From Pseudomonadota bacterium (GTDB taxonomy: Bacteria; Pseudomonadota; Alphaproteobacteria; Rickettsiales; UBA1997), in assembly GCA_040386195.1 (NCBI GenBank), contig JAZKFV010000003.1:2029-66028 (forward strand): a stretch of DNA of 64,000 nucleotides, given 5' to 3'. This document shows, in pieces, positions 29,334-37,785 of this stretch. The position numbers and the translations under genes are program-made. Each line of letters begins with the position of its first letter. Position 1 is the stretch's first letter. The notes under the pieces are model-generated. The model saw only the letters and a list, made by a program, of their open reading frames with translations, ran no database searches and was not told the origin of the DNA.

Positions 29334-29606
29334 ATGCACAAAACAGACTTAATCAAAGAAATCGCTAACGCTGCCGGTTTATCTCAAAAAGATGCTGGTA
29401 ACGCTTTGGATTCAGCTTTAAAGATCATTACTAAAGCTTTAAAGAAAAAAGATTCAGTAACTTTAATCGGTTTCGGTACTTTCAAAACTGTTAAAACTGC
29501 AGCTAGAAAAGGTCGCAACCCACAAACTGGAAAAGAAATCCAAATCAAAGCTTCTAACAGAGTTAAATTCTCTGCTGGCAAAGCTTTGAAAGATGCTGTA
29601 AAATAG
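29334..29606 (+). CDS. hup: HU family DNA-binding protein
   Basis: 90 aa. MHKTDLIKEIA....LSQKDAGNALDS....IT.ALKK.DSVTLIGFGTF....AARKGRNPQTGKEI.I. Confidence 0.93.
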   Translation: MHKTDLIKEIANAAGLSQKDAGNALDSALKIITKALKKKDSVTLIGFGTFKTVKTAARKGRNPQTGKEIQIKASNRVKFSAGKALKDAVK

Positions 29607-29629
29607 TTTTTACAAATTCTAAAGAAAAA

Positions 29630-29663
29630 CCCTTACATCAAATTTTGGTGTAAGGGTTTTTTT
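29630..29663 (+). terminator. Rho-independent terminator of hup
   Basis: Stem cccttaca / tgtaaggg with an 11-nt loop, followed by a T7 run. Confidence 0.8.
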
Positions 29664-29672
29664 ATGTCTAAC

Positions 29673-29766
29673 TGTCATCCTGAGTAAAGCGAAGGATCTC
29701 ATGAGACGCGTTTGAACCCAAGACCGAATCCAACTCATGAGATCCTTCGCTTTACTCAGGATGACA
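29673..29766. repeat. MITE-like palindromic repeat element (family A), second copy
   Basis: The arm tgtcatcctgagtaaagcgaaggatctcatgag pairs with ctcatgagatccttcgctttactcaggatgaca. Confidence 0.9.
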
Positions 29767-29867
29767 ATGTATATTAAAGATATTGTTGGTGGAATAATTG
29801 TGAATTAATTATTGCAACTTATCTATTTAGTTTTTATAGTTCCGCCTCTAATTTTTTTGGCAGTCGC

Positions 29868-29943
29868 GGGTGATTAGCTCAGTTGGTAGAGCATCTCCCT
29901 TACAAGGAGAGGGTCGGCAGTTCGAGCCTGTCATCACCCACCA
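29868..29943 (+). tRNA. tRNA-Val (anticodon TAC)
   Basis: Hand-folded cloverleaf: acceptor GGGTGAT/ATCACCC, D arm GCTC-AGTTGGTA-GAGC, anticodon arm TCTCC-CTTACAA-GGAGA, T arm GGCAG-TTCGAGC-CTGTC, encoded CCA. Confidence 0.9.
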
Positions 29944-30041
29944 GCTTTCGTCCTTCGGACTACAGCTCGGCAAGCCAGTTTACGATTACAAATTTAGTTT
30001 AGGTTTTTTTACAAAATCAGATTTTCCCAGTCTTTTATTTT

Positions 30042-30118
30042 GGGGGTGTAGCTCAGTTGGTTAGAGCGCCTGCCTGTCACGCAGGAGGTCGCGGGTTCGA
30101 GTCCCGTCACTCCCGCCA
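30042..30118 (+). tRNA. tRNA-Asp (anticodon GTC)
   Basis: Hand-folded cloverleaf: acceptor GGGGGTG/CACTCCC, D arm GCTC-AGTTGGTTA-GAGC, anticodon arm CCTGC-CTGTCAC-GCAGG, T arm GCGGG-TTCGAGT-CCCGT, discriminator G plus CCA. Confidence 0.9.
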
Positions 30119-30160
30119 CCCAATCATTTTAAGAAGTCCAAAAACATCCAATTAGACCTT
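30105..30160 (+). repeat. attL: direct repeat comprising the last 14 nt of tRNA-Asp plus 42 nt downstream
   Basis: cgtcactcccgccacccaatcattttaagaagtccaaaaacatccaattagacctt recurs at 49442..49496 with a single 1-nt deletion. Confidence 0.9.
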
Positions 30161-30285
30161 GAAAATAAAGGTCTCTTATCTAAAATTAGTCCAAATTAGT
30201 CCGAAGAAGTTTGTTAAAATCCGCAAAAAAAGCGGGCACAAAAGCGGCTATATTTTATACCCTATCAAAAATATACCCACCTCTT

Positions 30286-30723
30286 ATGTTACTAACAGAT
30301 AGTTTGGTGAAGAACACCAAGCCAAAAGAAAAAGTAATAAGAATTTACGACACCAAAGGATTGTATCTAGAGATTAATCCAAGTGGTGGTAAATACTGGC
30401 GCGTAAAATGCCGCATTAATCGCAGAGAAAAAAGATTGGCAATTGGAACATATCCAGAGTTATCACTTGATGAAGCACGAAACAAAAGAGATGAAGCAAG
30501 ACATCAAATCAAAAACGGCATCAATCCAATAGAAGAAAAAAGATTAGCAAAAGCAAAGATGGTTGAAGAAGCGCAAAAAGATTTAGGTTTGCGATTATTT
30601 TTAGAAACCAACGGCGACCTAATCATAAAGAAAAAACTCACATCAATTCTGATTACAAAAGAAGAATTACAATCTTTAAAATATTTCCTGAGCCCAATAT
30701 CAACTACATCAAATCCACAATGA
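30286..30723 (+). CDS. Integrase Arm-type (DUF4102-like) N-terminal domain only; remnant or accessory protein
   Basis: LTDSLVKNTKPKEKVIRIYDTKGLYLEINPSGGKYWRVKCRINRREKRLAIGTYPELSLDEARNKRDEARHQIKNGINP parallels the N-terminus of the next gene. No catalytic domain. Its stop overlaps the next ATG (ATGA). Confidence 0.7.
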   Translation: MLLTDSLVKNTKPKEKVIRIYDTKGLYLEINPSGGKYWRVKCRINRREKRLAIGTYPELSLDEARNKRDEARHQIKNGINPIEEKRLAKAKMVEEAQKDLGLRLFLETNGDLIIKKKLTSILITKEELQSLKYFLSPISTTSNPQ

Positions 30724-31898
30724 TAAACGATATTACTATAAAAAATGCCAAACCAAAAGATAAACCATATAAATTAACTGACGGTGAAGGAATGTATTTA
30801 ATGGTACATCCAAACGGCGGAAAATATTGGAGATTAAGATATAAAATTTCTGGCAAAGAAAAAACTTTAGCACTCGGCACTTATCCAATGATTTCTTTGG
30901 GAGAAGCTAGAGATAAAAGATATATAGCCAAAAAACAGCTAAAAGATGGCATTGATCCATCAGAAGAAAAGAAGTTAATCAAATTAACTCGTATGATTAA
31001 CACTGATAATTCTTTTGAAAATGTTGCAAGAGAATGGCACGACAAACAAAAGGACAGATACACGCCGAAACATTACAGAATAGTTTTAAAAAGATTAGAA
31101 ACTGACATTTTCCCATTACTCGGCTCAAGACCAATTGGTCAAATCAAAGCACCAGAGCTTTTAGTTACAATTCAAAAAATCGAAAAAAGAGGAGCAATTG
31201 ATTTAGCTCATCGTGTAATGCAAACTGCTGGGCAAATCTTTCGATATGCAATTGCAACAGGAAGAGCGGAACGCGATATTTCTGCCGATTTACGAGGAGC
31301 TTTAACCGTTCGCAAAAAAGTTAATCACGCAAATTTAAAAGAAGATGATCTGCCAGAGTTTCTGCAAAGATTAAATCAATATCACGGTGAACCAAGAACC
31401 AAGCTTGCTTTGCAAATGTTAATTTTAACTTTTGTAAGAACTGCTGAGTTGCGTGGTATGAGATGGGAAGAAATTAATTTTGAAACCAAAGAATGGCACA
31501 TTCCAGCCGAGAGAATGAAAATGAGAGAAAAACATATTGTGCCATTGTCAAAACAAGTAATCGAATTGCTAAACCAAATCAGAAAATTACACAACAACCC
31601 CGATTTTGTTTTTCCAAGTCATATCAACCCAAACAAGCCAATCAGCGAAAACACTTTGATCTATGCAATCTACCGCATGGGCTATCACTCAAAAGCAACC
31701 GCTCACGGCTTCCGCGCCACTGCTTCAACAATATTGAATGAAAAAAATTTTCGTGCTGATGTTATAGAAAAACAATTAGCTCACGGCGAAAGAAATAAAG
31801 TTCGCGCTTCATATAATCACGCACAATATTTGCCAGAACGCAAAGAAATGATGCAATGGTGGGCAGATTATTTGGATAAGTTAAGAAGGGAAAAATGA
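30720..31898 (+). CDS. int: P4-type tyrosine recombinase/integrase
   Basis: 392 aa. Arm domain (KPYKLTDGEGMYLMVHPNGGKYWRLRYK), catalytic residues in context (TFVRTAELRG, HGFRATAST, LAHGERNKVRASY). Confidence 0.92.
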   Translation: MINDITIKNAKPKDKPYKLTDGEGMYLMVHPNGGKYWRLRYKISGKEKTLALGTYPMISLGEARDKRYIAKKQLKDGIDPSEEKKLIKLTRMINTDNSFENVAREWHDKQKDRYTPKHYRIVLKRLETDIFPLLGSRPIGQIKAPELLVTIQKIEKRGAIDLAHRVMQTAGQIFRYAIATGRAERDISADLRGALTVRKKVNHANLKEDDLPEFLQRLNQYHGEPRTKLALQMLILTFVRTAELRGMRWEEINFETKEWHIPAERMKMREKHIVPLSKQVIELLNQIRKLHNNPDFVFPSHINPNKPISENTLIYAIYRMGYHSKATAHGFRATASTILNEKNFRADVIEKQLAHGERNKVRASYNHAQYLPERKEMMQWWADYLDKLRREK

Positions 31899-32269
31899 AA
31901 AAGGTAGAAACCAAGCTAAATCACAAAATTCCTCAACTTTTATTGAGAAATTTTGCTTCTAGAAAAGTCATTAAAGAAAAGAAAAAAGATCAATACTATA
32001 TTTACCTCTTCAATAAGGAGAGTGGCAACAGTGGAGAACCAAATATAATTGGCGCGTGTTCAGAAAATAAATTTTATGATCTTCCCAATACCAATATTGA
32101 AGCATCATTTGAGCAGGTAGAGAGTAAAACTACTCCAATAATAAATAAAATCTTAGATGAAAAAACTATTGCCACTCTAACTTTTGATGAGAAGCAACAA
32201 CTTGCTTTTTTACTGTTTGCCAATGGGTTAGAACTGATGCATTCAGAAAAAATCAGCAAATTATGCTGA
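31895..32269 (+). CDS. DUF4238-like protein, N-terminal part (probably split by a frameshift)
   Basis: NHKIPQLLLRNFAS resembles the HxxPQFYLxxF start of DUF4238. The ORF ends 7 nt after the next ORF starts. Confidence 0.5.
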   Translation: MKKVETKLNHKIPQLLLRNFASRKVIKEKKKDQYYIYLFNKESGNSGEPNIIGACSENKFYDLPNTNIEASFEQVESKTTPIINKILDEKTIATLTFDEKQQLAFLLFANGLELMHSEKISKLC

Positions 32270-32979
32270 ACGCAGAGAAAGATTCTTTTGAAAGGCTTGC
32301 CTCCTCTGCGGGTATATCATTATCAGAAAATCAACACTATCAAAATCTCAAATTTTTTACGGAGACCGAAGAAGGAAAAAAATTATATCATATTTCAAGA
32401 TTCAGCCCTGAGATTTTATACTCATATTCATCAATGATTATGGATAAAGATTGGATATTGTTTGAAACCGACAATAACAATCCATTCATTATTGGAGACA
32501 ATCCCGCTGTTTTACACAACTCTAGCAAAACTTTTCCTTATCTAGGATTAGGAGTGCCCGAAATAGAGATGTATCTACCGATTAGTAACAAACTTACACT
32601 CGGTTTTTGGTGTAAATCTATAAATAAAAAACGAGAAGAAACTTACAAAGATACAGAAGAGAAAATGAGTTTTTTAAAGCAAGCTTATTACCAAAATTAC
32701 AGAAATTTAACTCTTGAACAAAGGCTGCCCGCAGAAATTACCATTAAGAGTTATGAAGATAATAAAGATCTGCATGAGAAAGAAAACAACATCACCATTT
32801 CTATAAAAAAGCAAAACCCCATAATTTCAGAACCCGATAAGGTCAGATTTTTTAATGAAAGACAAGCCATTTTTTCGGAGAAATTCGTTTATTCAAATAG
32901 GGATGACTTCACCGTAGTAAAAGAATTGATAGCAATAAATCCAGCTCACAAAAAAGGCTGGAATATTAAAACGAAATGA
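32263..32979 (+). CDS. DUF4238-like protein, C-terminal part
   Basis: 238-aa ORF overlapping the previous stop. Combined length (~360 aa) fits a single ancestral gene. Confidence 0.45.
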   Translation: MLNAEKDSFERLASSAGISLSENQHYQNLKFFTETEEGKKLYHISRFSPEILYSYSSMIMDKDWILFETDNNNPFIIGDNPAVLHNSSKTFPYLGLGVPEIEMYLPISNKLTLGFWCKSINKKREETYKDTEEKMSFLKQAYYQNYRNLTLEQRLPAEITIKSYEDNKDLHEKENNITISIKKQNPIISEPDKVRFFNERQAIFSEKFVYSNRDDFTVVKELIAINPAHKKGWNIKTK

Positions 32980-33093
32980 TTAGTTAAAAAATATTTTACA
33001 ATTTGTTTAGTTTATAGTTGACAGTTAATTTTAGTTGTTTAGTTTTTACTAAACATTGATACAAAATTATTTCAACACAAAACTAAACAAATT

Positions 33094-33336
33094 ATGCAAA
33101 ACCAATACTCACTTCCTGAAACTGGCTATTTAAGAATCTCCCAAATAATCGGTAATAACAAAATCAACCCGCCAATACCCGCAATTATTCCCGTTGGCAA
33201 ATCAACTTGGTGGCAAGGTGTTAAAGATGGTCGGTTTCCTAAGCCTGTAAAACTAGGAGCAAGAACAACTGCTTGGAGAGTGGAGGATATAAAGAATTTA
33301 ATTATAAATTATAACTATCAAACCTTACAAAACTAA
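33094..33336 (+). CDS. alpA: AlpA-family transcriptional regulator/excisionase-like protein
   Basis: 80 aa. YLRISQIIG......IPVGKSTWWQGVKDGRFPKPVKLGARTTAWRVEDI is the AlpA/Phage_AlpA signature. Confidence 0.8.
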   Translation: MQNQYSLPETGYLRISQIIGNNKINPPIPAIIPVGKSTWWQGVKDGRFPKPVKLGARTTAWRVEDIKNLIINYNYQTLQN

Positions 33337-33415
33337 AAATTGGTTGCTAAATTGACTTAATATCGTTAATTATTAACTTAACATTATTAATATCGCATCC
33401 AATTATAAAATTTCT

Positions 33416-33754
33416 ATGAACGATAAAAAAAATAGCAATATCAAATTCGGTGAATTTGTTAGAAAAACTCGTCTTAAATTAAATATTGGTCTTAGAGAAT
33501 TTGCCACACAAGTTGGCGTTAGCCCTGCTTATATCAGCAAAATGGAAATGGGCGATTTTTCTCCACCTAAAGAAGAAAACATTAAAAAGATGGCGCAAAT
33601 ATTAAAAGTTAATGAGGATAAATTATTATCTTTGGCTGACAAAATTTCTTCCGATATTAAAGACATCATCAATGATAAACCTGATCTATACGCTTCTTTT
33701 TTAAGACGGGTAAAAGCTAAAGATGTTGAGAAGTTCTTAAAAGACCTCAAGTAA
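33416..33754 (+). CDS. XRE-family HTH regulator
   Basis: 112 aa. FGEFVRKTRLKLNIGLREFATQVGVSPAYISKMEMG is an HTH_3 motif. Confidence 0.8.
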   Translation: MNDKKNSNIKFGEFVRKTRLKLNIGLREFATQVGVSPAYISKMEMGDFSPPKEENIKKMAQILKVNEDKLLSLADKISSDIKDIINDKPDLYASFLRRVKAKDVEKFLKDLK

Positions 33755-33756
33755 AT

Positions 33757-34347
33757 ATGGTTAAAGGTGTAAGATTTATACCAGAAGAAAAAATTGAACA
33801 AAAAGCAATTGCTGTTTTAGAAAAAGCTGAAAAACAAAAAATTTATCAATTCAAAAGCCACACCCCAGTTGATCTAATCGCTGAAAAAATCTTTAAACTA
33901 CACATTAGATTTACCAATTTGAATCAGGATTTAGAAGGAGTTTTGGGAGCACTCGACATCAACAACAAGATAATCTGGATAGATGATAGCCTAAATGGTG
34001 ATAACAAAAACTTTACCTTAAACGCCAGATGCAATTTCACCATCGCCCACGAATTTGGTCATTATGCCTTCCACAAAAAATTATATAACGAAGAAAATAT
34101 CCAGCTTTATCACTATGGCGATAACCAAAACAAAGCCATAAAAAATATGGAAACCCAAGCCGATCTTTTTGCTTCCCATATTTTAATGCCCACCGCTGTG
34201 CTAATGAAAAAACTAAGTTCTATCAGCCAATATCAACCTTTCAACCAAACTCTTTTTGAACTAACCAGATTTTTCAAAGTTTCAAAAGAAGCAATGGTAA
34301 TTAGGCTTAAAAAATTAGGGTTGGTGGATGAGGATTATCAGCTTTAA
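33757..34347 (+). CDS. ImmA/IrrE-family zinc metallopeptidase
   Basis: 196 aa. IAHEFGHYAFH (HExxH) and downstream EtQAdlFAshiLMP. Starts 3 nt after the XRE gene, the classical XRE-ImmA pair. Confidence 0.8.
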   Translation: MVKGVRFIPEEKIEQKAIAVLEKAEKQKIYQFKSHTPVDLIAEKIFKLHIRFTNLNQDLEGVLGALDINNKIIWIDDSLNGDNKNFTLNARCNFTIAHEFGHYAFHKKLYNEENIQLYHYGDNQNKAIKNMETQADLFASHILMPTAVLMKKLSSISQYQPFNQTLFELTRFFKVSKEAMVIRLKKLGLVDEDYQL

Positions 34348-34495
34348 ATATTGGCTTTAAAGCCAATTCTTGTTTTAAAAATGCTCAACAATTTAATTAA
34401 ATTTTAATCCAAATTTACTTTTATTAAATTTTGCCTAACATAAGGCGATTAGATTTTGGAAGCTCAACTTATTTAGCAAATCAAACAAATCACAA

Positions 34496-35374
34496 ATGAA
34501 AACAACCTTCCCAGAAAAATCCAAACCCTTTGAAGAAAAAATCCGTCAAATTTCTGACATCATCGTTAATTGCGGCAAAGACAAAATCGCTTTTGTTATT
34601 TTGTTTGGTTCGTTCGCCCGTGGCACTTGGGTTTTTGATAGATACAGTGAAGGCAATATTTTATATCAATATTCTTCCGATTATGATTTTCTAATTATCA
34701 CCAAAACCAGCAAACAAGCTGGCGGCACTTCTGCTTTTGATTTGGAGCGGGCAATTGATAAAGAGTTAGAAGCCAAAAATCTCATCAACAAATATCAAGG
34801 ACACAATCCGCACTTTGTTATTGAATCAATTGATTACATCAATTCTGAATTAGAAAAAGGAAAATATTTTTTCTCTGATATTAAGAAGGAGGGTATTTTG
34901 CTTTATGATTCTGGTGATTTTAAGTTGGCTGAAGCTAAGGAGCTGAGTGATGAGGAGAAAAGAAAAATAGCCGCAGAAGATTATGAGCACTGGTTTGGGA
35001 AGGCAGAGGATTTTCTATTAAAATTTAAAACACTTTTTGATGTTCAAAAATTTAATAGTGCCGCTTTCGATCTTCATCAAGCAACAGAAAGCCTTTACAA
35101 CTGCACCTTGCTAACTCTTGGCGGCTACAAACCAAAATCCCACGATCTAATCGAGCTAAACAAACTCTGCTGCGTCCATTCTCACGACTTCTTAACCACC
35201 TTCCCAACCGCGACCAAAGAACAACAAGATTGCTTCAACCTCCTACAAAAAGCCTATATCGATGCCAGATATAACAAGAGTTATATTATCACCAAAGATC
35301 AGTTGGAGTATTTGATTGGAAGGGTTGAGAAGTTGAAAGGGTTGGTTGAGATAGTTTGTAAGGAAAGAATCTGA
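34496..35374 (+). CDS. Fused nucleotidyltransferase (MNT-like) - HEPN protein
   Basis: 292 aa. N-terminal LFGSFARGTW....SDYDFLII (pol-beta NTase GS...DxD). C-terminal helical HEPN-like region (DLHQATESLYNCTLL...AYIDARYNKSY). Confidence 0.7.
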   Translation: MKTTFPEKSKPFEEKIRQISDIIVNCGKDKIAFVILFGSFARGTWVFDRYSEGNILYQYSSDYDFLIITKTSKQAGGTSAFDLERAIDKELEAKNLINKYQGHNPHFVIESIDYINSELEKGKYFFSDIKKEGILLYDSGDFKLAEAKELSDEEKRKIAAEDYEHWFGKAEDFLLKFKTLFDVQKFNSAAFDLHQATESLYNCTLLTLGGYKPKSHDLIELNKLCCVHSHDFLTTFPTATKEQQDCFNLLQKAYIDARYNKSYIITKDQLEYLIGRVEKLKGLVEIVCKERI

Positions 35375-35469
35375 TTTGTATAACAAATTTATAACTAAGA
35401 ACCTACTAACAAGTTCTTGCCATTATTTTTTTTAATGGATTGAGCATTTACATAATAACCTAATACAAA

Positions 35470-37785
35470 ATGCATATTAATAGAATTACTATAAATAACT
35501 TTAGGCTTTTACAAAATAGTACTCTTGATTTAGAGGATAAAAGGCTTTCTCTGTTGATTGGAAAAAATAATACTGGCAAAACATCTCTGATAGTTTTGTT
35601 TGAAAGATTTTTTCATCAGGAAAATAAATTTAATTATAATGACTTTTCGATGACCCTAAGAAAAGAGATTAATGATTTTAGTGATCTCACGAAAGTTGCT
35701 GACCTATCAATCAGAATGATTTTAGAAATTGAATATGATGAAAACGATAATTTAGAAAATTTATCAGATTTTATTTTAGACCTCGATCCAGATATAAAAA
35801 CTGTTAAAATTTTATTTGAGTGCACAATTGATAAAGAGGGATTGCTAAGGAAAATCAAAAATAGTGAAGGAGAGGAAAGAAAAAAACTGATTATTCAAAA
35901 CCTCGGTATGTATTTAAAAAAGAGTATATATTCGATAGATGATGATAAAAATATAGACTCTTTCGCAAAACGAGTGGTTAATCTCTTTTTATTTTTGTCA
36001 CCAAAAAATGATCAAGACACTTTATTTGGTAATGAACCAGAACTAAAAAAAACATTAGCACAGTACCAAGAAAACAATGATTTAAATCCTGAAGATGCTG
36101 TTAATGCTTTTAATAATTTACTAGCTTTTATCAAAAAAATAAATCCTTCACTGAGTATTGACCCAATATCTACAAATAGTACCCCTGAAGATCAAGGTAA
36201 TATTTTGAGTGCTTTCATTAAAGAGCTTGAAGAAAACAATACTTATCCACTGGTTTTGAAAAAGAACCAAAATATACAAAGAGGGAGACTCGTCGAAAAA
36301 AAATTACAGGATGTCAAAAAACTAATAAATCTACAAATTATTCATGCAAGACGTAATGTTGTGAGCTCAGAAGAGGGTAGTACAAATAAAAAACCTCTTT
36401 CTGTTTTAACAACAGATTTTTTTGATAGTGAAAGTGAAAATGAAAATGATATTTCGAATGAGTATATAACTAAAATTAATCAAGATTTGGCTAAAATGGA
36501 TGGTGAGTTAAATAAAAGTTATGAGTCATTTTTTGAAGGTTTTATGAGTAAATCTAAGGAATTTCTAGACCTCCCAAATCTTAATGTAAGATCAAATATC
36601 CAATCAAAAACATTACTGAAAAATTCATCACATGTAATTTACGGAGAAGACAATAACCATTTACCCGAAAACCTTAATGGTCTGGGACATATGAATATAC
36701 TTTACCTGTTGTTAACAATAGAAATTAAGAAAGCTGAAATTAATAAAGAAAATAAGGATATAAATTTATTATTTATAGAAGAACCAGAGGCTCATACCCA
36801 TCCCCAAATGCAATATATTTTTGCAGAAAAAATAGAGGAAATTTTAAATGATATAAAAAATTTACAAACCCTTGTCACATCTCATTCTCCACATATTGTA
36901 TTAAGATCAAATTTTGAAAATATAAGATATCTAAAACTTACACACGATAACAATGTTGAGATCAAAAATTTTCATACAGAATTGAAGAAAAAATACTCCT
37001 CAGAGTCAGAGAATTTTCAATTCTTAAAACAATATTTAAACATTCAGTCGGCAGAGTTATTTTTTGCTAATAAGGTTATTTTTATAGAAGGAATAACAGA
37101 GTGCATACTTTTGCCTTATTTCATAAAACAGATTGATGATGAAAATAAAGCTAAAGATAAAAAATACAAACCTCTAGCATCACAGAATATATCGATCTTG
37201 GAAGTTGGAACAAATGCAAAAGCGTTTGCTAAATTCCTTGAATTTTTAGATATAAAGACACTCATAATTACTGATATAGATACGACAGAGCCAAAAATAT
37301 CCGAAAAAAATACTATCAAATATAAGGCTTGTGAGGTTAAGAGTGATCAATGTTCAAACACGAGTAATTCAACATTGATGCACTTTTTTAATGCACCAGA
37401 AATTAGTGATGAAGGATTTAAAGATTGGTTTAATGATTTGGTTAAAAACAAACTAGAATGTAAATATAAAAATATAAAAATTTCTTACCAAACCGAAGAG
37501 AATAGCTATCATGCTAGAAGTTTTGAAGATGCGTTTGTAAATCTTAACCTTAATGAGATAAAGCGTAATAAGAAAAAATTGTGGGGGATAAAAAGTAAAG
37601 GCTCTTTAGAAAAAGAAATAAATATGTATAAACTTACCAATAAGATTTTAGATAAAAAATCAGATTTTGCATCCTCGCTATTGTTTATGGCTTTATCTAA
37701 ACAAGATGATAATACGGAAGATAATGTTCAATGGAAAATCCCTCTCTATATCAAGGAGGGATTGAAATGGATAGCAGAGCAATAA
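35470..37785 (+). CDS. gajA: OLD-family ATPase/TOPRIM nuclease, GajA-like (Gabija)
   Basis: 771 aa. INRITINNFRLL, Walker A GKNNTGKTS, LLFIEEPEAHTHPQMQ, TSHSPHIV, TOPRIM VIFIEGITECILLPYF and LIITDIDT. Followed by a UvrD-like helicase. Confidence 0.8.
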   Translation: MHINRITINNFRLLQNSTLDLEDKRLSLLIGKNNTGKTSLIVLFERFFHQENKFNYNDFSMTLRKEINDFSDLTKVADLSIRMILEIEYDENDNLENLSDFILDLDPDIKTVKILFECTIDKEGLLRKIKNSEGEERKKLIIQNLGMYLKKSIYSIDDDKNIDSFAKRVVNLFLFLSPKNDQDTLFGNEPELKKTLAQYQENNDLNPEDAVNAFNNLLAFIKKINPSLSIDPISTNSTPEDQGNILSAFIKELEENNTYPLVLKKNQNIQRGRLVEKKLQDVKKLINLQIIHARRNVVSSEEGSTNKKPLSVLTTDFFDSESENENDISNEYITKINQDLAKMDGELNKSYESFFEGFMSKSKEFLDLPNLNVRSNIQSKTLLKNSSHVIYGEDNNHLPENLNGLGHMNILYLLLTIEIKKAEINKENKDINLLFIEEPEAHTHPQMQYIFAEKIEEILNDIKNLQTLVTSHSPHIVLRSNFENIRYLKLTHDNNVEIKNFHTELKKKYSSESENFQFLKQYLNIQSAELFFANKVIFIEGITECILLPYFIKQIDDENKAKDKKYKPLASQNISILEVGTNAKAFAKFLEFLDIKTLIITDIDTTEPKISEKNTIKYKACEVKSDQCSNTSNSTLMHFFNAPEISDEGFKDWFNDLVKNKLECKYKNIKISYQTEENSYHARSFEDAFVNLNLNEIKRNKKKLWGIKSKGSLEKEINMYKLTNKILDKKSDFASSLLFMALSKQDDNTEDNVQWKIPLYIKEGLKWIAEQ

